Source of the DNA: Naegleria gruberi
Lineage: Eukaryota
Length of the DNA: 64,000 nt
Reading direction: 5' to 3' (one strand)
Assembly: GCA_000004985.1 (NCBI GenBank)
Contig: GG738888.1
In this document: one piece after another, positions 42,236 through 52,415 of the stretch
How the letters are laid out: every line of letters begins with the position of its first letter
Position numbering within the stretch: the stretch's first letter is position 1
The notes under the pieces: generated by a model
Databases searched by the model: none
Seen by the model: only the letters and a program-made list of their open reading frames with translations
What the model was told of the DNA's origin: nothing
Program-made: the position numbers and the translations under genes

Positions 42236-43987
42236 TCAAGATAAATCTCTTCTGTCTAACAGTAATTGAACGAGTAGTTTGTTATGATGTGAAATGGCTT
42301 GGACAGAGACAAATGGCAGATACATTGTATAGAGTTCAAAATGAGAACGAGCATACTTCAAGTTATTTCTGGTCATTTTGAGTTCAAGCATCTTTTCATC
42401 TTCAAACCATTCCTTGAACCAATATTGAACTCCCTCACCACAAACTCCAATTTCTGTATAACCTTCATCTCTGTATTGTTGAAGAGTAAAGCACATTTCC
42501 CAAACTTTCTTTTTCAAAAAGGCGACTTGTTCTTCATCATTCTTTTGGTTGGTATTAATTGTATTGAGAGGAACAATTCTTGGTGCAAAAACTCTATTGT
42601 AAATTCGATCTACTAAAATAAAATGTATCAACCCAGGACAGTAATGGAGATAGCTAAGCATGGTGACATGTGACTCGGCCTTAATTTTCAAAAATGAAAA
42701 TCTCTTAAAGTTTGAAATTTCTTCATTGACTCTTATAGCTGCCTCTTTCAATTGATCATGAACTGTTTCCTTATTTTGTTCTTCATCAATTGGTTGTTGT
42801 TCAACTTCTTTGAATGATGCTGCCATTGTTAGTGAAGAGGCAGATTGGTAACTACCAACAGAGGATGGAATCACTTTGGTAGTCTGTTGCTGGATATTGG
42901 TAATATTGGACTCGCAAATCAACATTAAAGTCATATCTTGGTCCTTGTCATATTCGAAATAGACTCCATATCGTCCAAGTTTTTGATCATGATCTCCTCC
43001 ATTCTCTGTCACATGGAAATTCAAATACTCGAAAATAGATCTTGTAATATTATCAGATTCATCACTTGTTCCATTCTTACCCATTTGTTTTGGTTTTTCT
43101 CCGTAGAAAGCACTCTGAGTAAAAACAATCAAACACAAAATATCTCTTGGAAGCAATATCCAAGTCTTTTCTCTAGAGTGTACAGCAGCCAATTTAGTAC
43201 CAACAAGTAAGACTGCATGCAAAATATATGGGTAAGGTTCAGTACCTTTCTTCAGTGCTTCAATAATTGAACCTCTATTGAATTGATTCAAATCTACATA
43301 TTCAATTCCTTGCACGAGAACACTCTGTTGTGTTCTATACAGCCTTTTCATTGTTTCTACAAGTGGTTTCATTAAATTGTAAATAGCAGATTGATTCAAA
43401 GATCTGTTGTTGAAACCATGTTGATTGAAAGGATTCAACATGATGCAAAAGTTTGTCAAATCGTGTAATAAACTAATTTGTCTGTACAAGGCTGCTGTTG
43501 ATTCTTTTGGTTCCTCTTCAAAATCTTCATTATCAAAAACTTCTCCCTTCTTTCTCTTTTCAACTTCTCTAATATAAATAATACAATAATGCAACTCTCC
43601 ACATTGATGTGTCAATAGTACTTTATCATTTCCAAGTGTATGAATTTGTCTACATGTTGTACTATAACAATTCTTTAACGTTTGTTGAGCAACACTCAAA
43701 ACTGGAATGCCAAGCTTTGCAGCTGGGTGATCCGAGAATAATTCCATTGAAGTTTGAGCAATAGTAAAGTATTTGTGAGAAACCACCCTGGAAACATATT
43801 GATTATCTTGTTGATTCTTTGAATATAATCCATCACCACCACTATTATTCTCACCATTAAATCTTATCGAAGCTAGTGGAGAAACAGGTGTCTGATTTCC
43901 ATTCGATGACAATCCACCACCAACACTCAAAAAATCAGATCCTCGCCCACTATTCAACACTGTCCCTCCATTGTTATTGTTTAACAT
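42236..43987 (-). CDS. Hypothetical protein (583 aa), weak longin/SAND-like resemblance, possibly trafficking-related
   Basis: Intact single-exon ORF with no strong motif. The segments ...IHTLGNDKVLLTHQCGELHYCIIYI... and ...ILHAVLLVGTKLAAVHSREKTWILLPRDILCLIVF... are reminiscent of longin-domain regulators. The assignment is speculative. Confidence 0.2.
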   Translation of the reverse strand: MLNNNNGGTVLNSGRGSDFLSVGGGLSSNGNQTPVSPLASIRFNGENNSGGDGLYSKNQQDNQYVSRVVSHKYFTIAQTSMELFSDHPAAKLGIPVLSVAQQTLKNCYSTTCRQIHTLGNDKVLLTHQCGELHYCIIYIREVEKRKKGEVFDNEDFEEEPKESTAALYRQISLLHDLTNFCIMLNPFNQHGFNNRSLNQSAIYNLMKPLVETMKRLYRTQQSVLVQGIEYVDLNQFNRGSIIEALKKGTEPYPYILHAVLLVGTKLAAVHSREKTWILLPRDILCLIVFTQSAFYGEKPKQMGKNGTSDESDNITRSIFEYLNFHVTENGGDHDQKLGRYGVYFEYDKDQDMTLMLICESNITNIQQQTTKVIPSSVGSYQSASSLTMAASFKEVEQQPIDEEQNKETVHDQLKEAAIRVNEEISNFKRFSFLKIKAESHVTMLSYLHYCPGLIHFILVDRIYNRVFAPRIVPLNTINTNQKNDEEQVAFLKKKVWEMCFTLQQYRDEGYTEIGVCGEGVQYWFKEWFEDEKMLELKMTRNNLKYARSHFELYTMYLPFVSVQAISHHNKLLVQLLLDRRDLS

Positions 43988-44090
43988 TTTTTAAATTAAT
44001 GAAAAATCTAAAAATTTGAAAAAAAGCAAAAAATTCATTGTCATCAAGAATTGACACAAAACAACAGAATCCACTAAAGAGGAGAATATA

Positions 44091-45617
44091 ATGGTACTTG
44101 TAGCTCATGTTGCACTGAAGGAGGGCTGTGTATTCTCGGGATCTAATGTATCATTCTCTGTTCAATTGATGAATGTTCCGAAGGAGAGTGTGAGTGAGAG
44201 TGGTGGACCCTATTATTCGAATTTGATAGAGGTTTTTAATGATGAATTGGAGGTTTTTAAACCATTTAATACATTAACTAAATCATCATCGGATTTAAGT
44301 ACTACCATTAGTAGTACTTCTTCAAGTACAAATGGTAGTAGCAGTGGAGGTGGTGGATTATTCTCTTGGTTTTTCTCATCATCAGAAAGTAGTGAAGAGG
44401 ATAAGAGGAAGGTTGATATTTGGAATGTTGATTGTATGAGTGCCCAGATATTTGGAGTTTGGATTGGAGATTCTACATGTTTAAACATTCCGATTAATAA
44501 TTCTAGTCAGACAATTACTTATAATGATGATTTAACCAATCAATACAAAATTACAGATGAAAAACTGACACATCTCATGGGCCAAAAGAATGGTAAATTA
44601 ATATTTGCCTCTAAACCATATACAGTCATGGAAAATCAACCATTTTCATCATTGGAAAAGTCCATGTTAAATGTAAATGTTTTGATACCGAATGAAATTC
44701 CTCCGAGCTTTAATGGAACTCTCATACGATATACCTACCACATTTCTGTAACGATACAAGTATCTGATAGATACAATACTGTATATAAGAAAACAATTTC
44801 GATACCTTTCAAAGTTTATAATCCACTTTCATCAATTTGTAGTATTGCTTCTTCCTATGTGGATTCATTTGAATTTAAATGGAATGTACAAAATTCCTTA
44901 GAGGAACCAATACCTAAATTGGAAGATTATACTCACAAATATATGCTCTCTTCAGGAAATAATGATTCATCAGCTGTATCACCATTCTATTATTCATTTA
45001 GGCAAATTGAAAATATTGTCTCACTCAATTCAAAAACAAGTCATTATGATATTGCAGATGATACTCAACTTGTTTGTAGAGTTTCACTTTCCAGTTCTGC
45101 ATTTTACATTGGAGATACAATATCAGGAATTTTTGATTTCACAAAGAGTGAAAAATTATGTACCAAAGTTCAATGTAAATTAATTTATGAAGAAAAGGCA
45201 GCATCCAAAATTATTTCAGATTATTACAAACACAAATCAACTGAAATCAGCTCGGAATACTTTCAACCATTAAAGAATAAGAGCACTTATTCCAAGGTTG
45301 CAAGATTAGACAGATATACACTGAATAATATCACTTCAGACTTTAGAATTATCATACCTCCACACACACCATCCCAATTCTCCTCCGACCTAATCAAGAT
45401 CAATTGGTTTTTGAAATTCAAATTCTACTTGATTGAGGGAGATTTAGTTGATGATAGAATTCAAGTTATAAGCACTAAGGATTTATCTGAAAAGAAGGAT
45501 CGTTTTAAAGTCAACTCAATGACCTGGCTTTTACCGATTCACGTTTTTGTACCAACCAATTTTCGTCCACTCCATGAAAAGAGCCAACACAAAGAGCAGT
45601 GCATTGTTGTGCTGTAG
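44091..45617 (+). CDS. RGP1: RGP1 homolog (Rab6 GEF complex RIC1-RGP1 subunit)
   Basis: 508-aa ORF. The N-terminus MVLVAHVALKEGCVFSGSNVSFSV, an arrestin-like middle (SFNGTLIRYTYHISVTIQVSD versus human SFRGQSVKYVYKLTIGCQR) and a C-terminus (VNSMTWLLPIHVFVPTNFRP versus VDTFSWDLPIKVLPTSP) all parallel human RGP1. Confidence 0.65.
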   Translation: MVLVAHVALKEGCVFSGSNVSFSVQLMNVPKESVSESGGPYYSNLIEVFNDELEVFKPFNTLTKSSSDLSTTISSTSSSTNGSSSGGGGLFSWFFSSSESSEEDKRKVDIWNVDCMSAQIFGVWIGDSTCLNIPINNSSQTITYNDDLTNQYKITDEKLTHLMGQKNGKLIFASKPYTVMENQPFSSLEKSMLNVNVLIPNEIPPSFNGTLIRYTYHISVTIQVSDRYNTVYKKTISIPFKVYNPLSSICSIASSYVDSFEFKWNVQNSLEEPIPKLEDYTHKYMLSSGNNDSSAVSPFYYSFRQIENIVSLNSKTSHYDIADDTQLVCRVSLSSSAFYIGDTISGIFDFTKSEKLCTKVQCKLIYEEKAASKIISDYYKHKSTEISSEYFQPLKNKSTYSKVARLDRYTLNNITSDFRIIIPPHTPSQFSSDLIKINWFLKFKFYLIEGDLVDDRIQVISTKDLSEKKDRFKVNSMTWLLPIHVFVPTNFRPLHEKSQHKEQCIVVL

Positions 45618-45929
45618 ATAACAGAATAAGTATGGAACGTTTAAAGGAGAGAGCAAATAAAGTTGGGATACTGATTGAGTTACTACTACATTTCAACTGA
45701 TTAAAAATTGTCGTTCTCATTTCAGTATTTTAGTCTGTTTTATCTAACTCAAGCTCATTCTATCTTTTCTAGCCCCTTATCTATTTAATGAATAATCTTT
45801 GAATAATTCTTTTATCAAACATCTTAAATTATGTAAAGCGTGTTGTGAAATTGAATGTTTGTTCTATTATTAGAGGATTAGTACGCCTTAAAAAAAAAGA
45901 TTTCTATCCATTTCTTTCACAATCAAAAA

Positions 45930-46889
45930 ATGTTCACACTCAAAAAGCTATCATCCCTTCCGTTGCAGTCTGCTCTTCGGAGGAGTGTTTTCGATTTCCT
46001 TAAATTCAATGAAGGTTATTGTGGATTATTGGTCGGAAATTTATTCTTGAATGGAGACAGTATTAAAGAAGGCCAAATTTATTCAGGTGATTACAAGGTT
46101 TTTGTTTCTGATGAATGCAAACAATCAAATGAATTTAATCAAGTAGGAGGAGTTTATTGTCATTTTGTTGCTGGCAACTTGTTATTTCAATTTAACCCAC
46201 AAATAGATGAACATGTTAAGAAATCCCTGATTGATCAAATGATTCAAGAAACACTTCAAGATGGTATTCAATTAACAGGGTAGGTTGCTTGAATTGATAT
46301 TATTTGAAAATAATCCTGAAGTGTGATTGGAGAATATTCTATTGCTAATTCTATTGTTGAAAAGTTGTTCGAAACGAATGTGTGGAATAGGGATCGTTTA
46401 ACACTCTTCCAAAAAGAGAATTTATATCAATATGATCTTTCTTCCTTTGACGAGTCTGTTTTCCTTTCACACCCTGAACTTTTAACTCGTAAAGTTACTG
46501 AACTTGATCATGAACAAAATTTCATATGTATGCAACTATTTGAAACAGATATATTTGGAGAGCCAAAATCTACAAAGGACCATTCAGATTATCTTTTAAA
46601 GAATAGCACTACTTTTGGTGCATTTGTTGGAGAAGAGCTTGTTTCTACTGTTAGGATTAACTCACATTCTGATAAGCACTGTACTTTGGGATTTGTATTC
46701 ACCAAACCAGAACATAGAAGAAAAGGTATTGCAAAAATATTATTCAAGCATCTATTTGAAGAATGTATTAGAATGGGATTCTCTCATGTTGACCTATTTA
46801 CCAATTTAGACAACTCTGCCAATCACTTCTATCAAAATTTGGGTTTTAAGAATATTGGCGAGATGGGATTGTTTATCGTTTCAAAATAA
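45930..46889 (+). CDS. GNAT-family acetyltransferase with an N-terminal extension, 2 exons
   Basis: Exons are 45930..46279 and 46322..46889, with an intron GTAGGT...CTGAAG (42 nt) in phase 2. The C-terminal LGFVFTKPEHRRKGIAKILFKHLFEECIRMGFSHVDLFTNLDNSANHFYQNLGF matches GNAT motifs A and B. Confidence 0.55.
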
Positions 46890-46913
46890 ACTTAATAATA
46901 CATCTTAGATTCC

Positions 46914-47915
46914 TCAAAAAATAATTTCCATATCTGAAAGTTGATTATTAATCTGTTTTAAAGCCAAATTGCTAACAAAGGTTTCTCCACTTTTTCTCAA
47001 ATATTCAAACAGTAGAAACTTTAGGGAATAAAAGGTGATATCATATTGAGAATTATTGCCATGCGAAAAACCATACCAAGGAGTAAACATGACCTTATTG
47101 TTTTTGTGAACTAACCATGAAACTCTATCTTTACCTTGATAGTCTGAACTTTCAGCTAAAAAGTGCCAATCATCTTTTCTTGTCAATGTTGTAACCACAA
47201 CTCCACACATATATGTATCAGACAAATAAATACAATTTGGTGTAAGTATTGTTTCTGTTGGACTACTTTCTTGAATGTTATCTTTCAAATTCATTTTTTG
47301 TCTATTGATCAAAACCTCCAAACTTTTTTGGTTAATTTGTTTGATTTTGTCAACCTTTAATGCAATATCACCAGTAATAAATTCTATAAATCCATCTGTT
47401 CGTCCCAAAGAATATCCAAGTTTAAAGGGCATTGCTTGTTCACTTCCTCTCAAAAACAGTACAGCAATTTGATTTGAATCAATCAATTGATGGAAAATTG
47501 ATAAAGTCTCCTGATCCCACATTCTTGTACCTGTTCCAGCATAAAGAGTAAATACCAATAGATCATAATTTCTCAGCAAGGACTTTATCACTCCAGGTCT
47601 GCAACTACATAAATCTGTTTGAGCAATCAAATCCACTGCTTTAAATATCAAATCTTTCTCACTCACTGTCTCAAGCCACGGAATTGAAACATTCGGATCA
47701 AGAAGGCTAATTTGTTGTTCCAAATAGATCGGAGCTCTCACAAACGAACACAACTTCTCTCTAATTGTTTTCATGAAATGAGAAGGTTCTCCTGAATCAG
47801 CTGTGATGATTAGTGTTGATTTTAATTGTTTCAATTCTTTGAAGGAGAGAAAAGATTCATCACTTTTGGCGAGATGAATTAAATGTTCTACTTGTTCCCG
47901 GTTGTGGAGTTCCAT
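46914..47915 (-). CDS. Hypothetical protein (333 aa)
   Basis: Intact ORF with no recognisable family. Confidence 0.3.
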   Translation of the reverse strand: MELHNREQVEHLIHLAKSDESFLSFKELKQLKSTLIITADSGEPSHFMKTIREKLCSFVRAPIYLEQQISLLDPNVSIPWLETVSEKDLIFKAVDLIAQTDLCSCRPGVIKSLLRNYDLLVFTLYAGTGTRMWDQETLSIFHQLIDSNQIAVLFLRGSEQAMPFKLGYSLGRTDGFIEFITGDIALKVDKIKQINQKSLEVLINRQKMNLKDNIQESSPTETILTPNCIYLSDTYMCGVVVTTLTRKDDWHFLAESSDYQGKDRVSWLVHKNNKVMFTPWYGFSHGNNSQYDITFYSLKFLLFEYLRKSGETFVSNLALKQINNQLSDMEIIF

Positions 47916-48057
47916 TTTTTTTTGTAAAGTTTAACAAGCTTTTATTAGAATTATCCCACAAGAAATCGCAAACAAATTGGATTCTTTAATCATAAAACTT
48001 GATATCAGAAGAGTGTTGTTTGAAGCTCATCAGCTCATTGCAATGAATTAATTGAAT

Positions 48058-48840
48058 TTAAGGAACTTGAACCACAACTGACCTCATAGTCAATGAAACT
48101 CTTCTGAACTTGTTTTCATCGAAATCTTCACTTCCAAAAGCCAAAGTTTTCCACGATTCACCTAAATACTTTTTCCAAAGACATTGTTTTGGTATTTCGT
48201 GTTGCCACAAGTATCTGGCCTTTCCATTCAGCACTAACAATGAGCCAGGCTTTAACACGAGGCACATCTTCTTTCCTGTCGCTTGCAAATTCTGAATTGG
48301 AATAATTTCATTGGCATTCCATGTAGCATTTGGATCTTTAGGTGTTCTTTCGTGTAGAACAATGAGGCATGGATCTCCAAGTGAGATAATTGCCACAGTA
48401 GGTCCAAAATCCAATGAATCAATATGTTTTGAAATGTAAGTCTCCAATCCCTTATATTCATTCAAGATTATTTGTGAAATTTGAGGATAGTGCCAACATG
48501 AACCATCCTCCAATTGTTCAATTCTTTCCATCACTGGTTTTAAATAATTCGGAATTTCCTCTTGCAATTTTCTCAAACCTCCTCCATGAAGATAATTAAA
48601 GTGATAACCATATTGAAGTGTTCTTCGGGAATTAATTTCACTCTCCCATTCATTTCTCTCATCAATTTCGTTCAACAAGTCTAAACTTTGTTTCTCACTC
48701 AAAAAATCTGGGAAATATCTCAAGCCTTCAATTGATTCTTCCAAAGATTTAATCTCTGATTCAATATTTTCCAACCCCATGACAGTCGTGGTGGTAGTTG
48801 ATGAATTCTGCAGCTGCATCGAAGATTGCATTTTCAACAT
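48058..48840 (-). CDS. ALKBH6: AlkB-family 2OG-Fe(II) dioxygenase, ALKBH6-like
   Basis: 260 aa. ...IPNYLKPVMERI...WHYPQISQIILNEYKG..ISKHIDS..FGPTVAIISLGDPCLIVLH...GSLLVLNGKARYLWQHEI...RRVSLTMRSV parallels ALKBH6 ([39 protein letters not shown]...RSLLVLRGPAYTRLLHGI...RVSLTIRRV). The His-x-Asp...His iron ligands and the RxS motif are present. Confidence 0.65.
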   Translation of the reverse strand: MLKMQSSMQLQNSSTTTTTVMGLENIESEIKSLEESIEGLRYFPDFLSEKQSLDLLNEIDERNEWESEINSRRTLQYGYHFNYLHGGGLRKLQEEIPNYLKPVMERIEQLEDGSCWHYPQISQIILNEYKGLETYISKHIDSLDFGPTVAIISLGDPCLIVLHERTPKDPNATWNANEIIPIQNLQATGKKMCLVLKPGSLLVLNGKARYLWQHEIPKQCLWKKYLGESWKTLAFGSEDFDENKFRRVSLTMRSVVVQVP

Positions 48841-49371
48841 TGCACTTTTTTATTCTCTTGATAAATTTGCCTTGTTTCTTCCATTATCTTTGTTGTGCAA
48901 CACTCGAAAACTATCTTCTATTGGTGCAATTTAAAAATATCATCACGGAGATCTATTTTTAAAACCCTTCAAATGTATGAATGCAGCTGAGGTTGAGGTT
49001 CTTATTTGCAACAAAACCTAAAAAAATTTTACGGTCATCATCGTCATCAACACTTGACAACAATAACAAGAATTAGAATTGCACCTTCTATTATTTGAAG
49101 AAGCATAGTAATATCACACACAAACTAGCATCTATACGCTTTAAAATACAAATTGCCACAAAGGCCAAATACATCATCACAAATTTTTAGCTTTCTACTG
49201 AAATTTTAATATCACTAGCAAGCAACCAAATAATTATTTACTAATAACAATACATCAGAAAGCGGAACACAAACAATACGAACGCTTTTTGAACAAACTA
49301 TTATCATCAAAACAACAATCTATTTATTAATCACAATTTTGCGCCAAGTGCAAAATAATCAATTATACTTC

Positions 49372-49869
49372 ATGTTCTTTAACGCCAATAACACTACTAA
49401 TAACATTAATAACAACAATACCGCCATCGTTGCCGTCTCCAATAACACTGTCTTTACTACTAATAACACTACTACTACAACAACAACAACTACTACACCT
49501 GCCACCGCAGCATTTGCGGTCCATCACCACCATCACCATCATCAACACAACTCTATTCCAATTCCACCTCCACCCATTCCAATTCAACAACAACAACAAG
49601 ACCAACAACAACGAAAGATTTCATCCTCCTCGCTCTATTCATCAGATTTAGACGATTTACTTTTGGATACTTTACTGAAACAAGTGTTTTTGGGGGAGGG
49701 AAAACAAACCAAACGCTTTTATTCTGTTTGTGGCTTGGAAGAAGTATTTGAAGAAGGAGGAGAAGAAGAAGAAGAATCATTTAGAGGCTCTAGTAGAGGA
49801 TCTAGAGGCAGGAATATCATAGTAAATAGTAATAGTTATTGGACTAGTTGCTGGCAATACTGCTATTAA
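49372..49869 (+). CDS. Hypothetical low-complexity ORF (poly-N, poly-T, poly-H, poly-Q, then acidic), upstream of the exoribonuclease gene and overlapping it in another frame
   Basis: About 165-aa ORF from the first ATG. It consists only of homopolymeric tracts. It could be a real disordered protein or a long leader of the downstream gene. Confidence 0.15.
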   Translation: MFFNANNTTNNINNNNTAIVAVSNNTVFTTNNTTTTTTTTTTPATAAFAVHHHHHHHQHNSIPIPPPPIPIQQQQQDQQQRKISSSSLYSSDLDDLLLDTLLKQVFLGEGKQTKRFYSVCGLEEVFEEGGEEEEESFRGSSRGSRGRNIIVNSNSYWTSCWQYCY

Positions 49870-49901
49870 ATAGCGTTTCTAAAATTTTCAAAACAATCCC
49901 A

Positions 49902-52349
49902 ATGAGCTCAGCAGCAGTCCTGCCAAACACAAGTGGAGACTCTTTGAAAAAGAGACAACAACCAAGCAAGCCAAGTATTAAAAAAGAACCTGGTTGCGAT
50001 GACGGTAATGTAAATGAAAACAAACGACGTGGAGACAGAAAGAATCACAAAAGTAGTAGCTCTAAGTCAAGGTTTGTTGAATACATTACACCTTCAGAAG
50101 TACAAGAGGGTTTAAAGAGTGGAACACTCTTTGAAGGTATTCTTCATGTAAATCAACAAAACAGACAGTTAGCTTTTGTTGTTTTAGATGATCCAGTTAA
50201 ACAAAAACTTCAACATGACATGGATGTCAGAATTAGTGGAGAAGCAAGAAGAAACAGAGCTCTCCATGGTGACAAGGTAGTTATTAAAATTGATGAAAGA
50301 AGTGAGTGGACAGAAAGAAAAATCTCACTCAATCAACACCAAAGGTGTGACGAGCCTGGAGGTGAATATGAAGATGAAGCTAATGACGGTAATGAAGAAG
50401 AAAATGTACCTTCTGATAGTTTCAAGAAGGTATTCCAACCAACAGGTAGAGTCGTAGCAATCAAAGAAAAGTCAAAGAAAAGAGATTTTGTTGGTTTCTT
50501 GACAACCTCCAGAGAAAATGGAGTAATTGACCAAGCAGATCAACACTGTATCTTTATTCCATTAGATAAGAGATGTCCAAGAATGGTTGTTCCATTATCT
50601 CAATGCCCTGAATCATTTAAGACTAATCCAAATGGTCATGGTATGGAGTTATATGTAGTACAATTTGTTACTTGGAATGAAAAGTCAACACTTCCATATG
50701 GTAAATTGATCAAACATTTGGGAAGAGCTGGTAATCTTGAAACAGATTTAGAATCAATCATTATTGATTTTGAAGTTGATACATCTTCTTACACAGAGAA
50801 GGTTATTGATGAAATCAAATCAGATTTAAATATCCAGTCCACCAATGATTGGACAATTCCAGTAGAGGAATTAGAAAAGAGAAAGGATGCTAGAGGTGAA
50901 AGAGTTTTCACTATCGATCCTAAACATGCAAAGGATTTGGATGATGCCATTTCCATTAGCAAGTTAAATGATAATCTTTTCAGAGTTGGTATCCACATTG
51001 CAGATGCCTCTTATTTTGTAGCAGCTGGTTCAAAGCTCGATAGAATTGCTCAACGTAGAGCAACTAGTGTCTATTTGGAACACTTAATTGTTCCAATGCT
51101 TCCTCACTTCCTTTCAGATGATATTTGCAGTTTATTGCCTTCAAAGGACAGATTGGCATTCAGTATTTATGTTTTATTGGATGCCAATGGTGAATTGGTC
51201 AAAGATCAAGAATCTGTTTTCCAAAAATCTGTTGTGAGATCATGTGCCAAATTGAGTTATGAAATTGCTCAACAAGTTATTGGTGGTGAAATCAAATCAG
51301 ATTCTGAAATTTCTCAAGATATTTGTCCAAGAGAAGGAGATATTTTCTGCCCAAACCTTGGTGGATCTTTAGTAGAAGATATCACCATGCTTCATAAACT
51401 TGCAATGAAGAGAAGAGAGAGTAGACTTGAAAGTGGTACTCTCTCCCTCAACAAACCAAGAATTCAACTCGAATTATCAGAGGACAATCAAAGTGTCAAA
51501 TCCATCAATGTAAAGGAAGAAAAGGAAAGCAATAATATGATTGAAGAGCTTATGCTTTTGGCTAACTATTTGGCAGCTGAAAAGTTATTGAAATCATCCA
51601 ATGATACTGTTTTACTTCGGTCACATGGAAGTCCATTGGAGAAGAAGATGAGTGATTTTATTGACTTTTGTAACAGTGCCAAGTTAGACATTAATGTAGA
51701 GTCTGCAGCAGAACTTGATAACAGTCTTAGAAGCATTACTGACACTGAAGTTTCAGCAGTAGTTAATCTTGAGGCAACAAAAGCAATGCAAACAGCCAAA
51801 TATTTTGCTTACTCTGATAAGAATAACTGTCTTTCAACCCATCACTATGCTCTTAACGTTCCATACTATACTCACTTTACATCGCCTATCAGAAGATATT
51901 CTGATATTATTGTACATAGACAATTAGAATCAGCTCTTTTTGCATCACCAATTCCTTATACATATGAATTGAAGAAACTTATTGATATTTGTAATAAGAA
52001 ATCAACATTGGCAAAGAAGGCTGAAGAACAAACCAAACATATTTATTTTTGCCGTTACATTGAAGAAAATCCAGAAATTGCTAAAGTTTCAGGTATTATC
52101 AGAGGTTTGAGTGGCAAGACCATTAGAGTAGTAGTTCCACATTTTTCTTTGGAATGTAAACTTCCAATTGATTCTTTCAGATCTAGAATCAAGGACAAGA
52201 AACATGACAAGGAAACAGGAATTCTACACTGGACTTGGACTGAAACTGAACAAGAAGAAAAATTACGTCTCTTTGACAAACTTCCTGTTAGACTTTATGT
52301 TAAGAGATTTAATCCAATTCCTGAAATTTGCATTTCCTTGGATAAATAG
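49902..52349 (+). CDS. DIS3L2: DIS3L2-like 3'-5' exoribonuclease (cold-shock domains plus RNB domain, no PIN domain)
   Basis: About 815 aa from the ATG at 49902. The N-terminal region is FVEYITPSEVQEGLKSGTLFEGILHVN. The RNB catalytic motif is VFTIDPKHAKDLDDAISISKLNDNLFRVGIHIADASYFV. There is a C-terminal S1-like region. Confidence 0.8.
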   Translation: MSSAAVLPNTSGDSLKKRQQPSKPSIKKEPGCDDGNVNENKRRGDRKNHKSSSSKSRFVEYITPSEVQEGLKSGTLFEGILHVNQQNRQLAFVVLDDPVKQKLQHDMDVRISGEARRNRALHGDKVVIKIDERSEWTERKISLNQHQRCDEPGGEYEDEANDGNEEENVPSDSFKKVFQPTGRVVAIKEKSKKRDFVGFLTTSRENGVIDQADQHCIFIPLDKRCPRMVVPLSQCPESFKTNPNGHGMELYVVQFVTWNEKSTLPYGKLIKHLGRAGNLETDLESIIIDFEVDTSSYTEKVIDEIKSDLNIQSTNDWTIPVEELEKRKDARGERVFTIDPKHAKDLDDAISISKLNDNLFRVGIHIADASYFVAAGSKLDRIAQRRATSVYLEHLIVPMLPHFLSDDICSLLPSKDRLAFSIYVLLDANGELVKDQESVFQKSVVRSCAKLSYEIAQQVIGGEIKSDSEISQDICPREGDIFCPNLGGSLVEDITMLHKLAMKRRESRLESGTLSLNKPRIQLELSEDNQSVKSINVKEEKESNNMIEELMLLANYLAAEKLLKSSNDTVLLRSHGSPLEKKMSDFIDFCNSAKLDINVESAAELDNSLRSITDTEVSAVVNLEATKAMQTAKYFAYSDKNNCLSTHHYALNVPYYTHFTSPIRRYSDIIVHRQLESALFASPIPYTYELKKLIDICNKKSTLAKKAEEQTKHIYFCRYIEENPEIAKVSGIIRGLSGKTIRVVVPHFSLECKLPIDSFRSRIKDKKHDKETGILHWTWTETEQEEKLRLFDKLPVRLYVKRFNPIPEICISLDK

Positions 52350-52415
52350 AAAAAATTAAAATCTGTGAATAAAAAATTAATTAATTCTAGATGTTTGATA
52401 TTATTAACATTAAAA

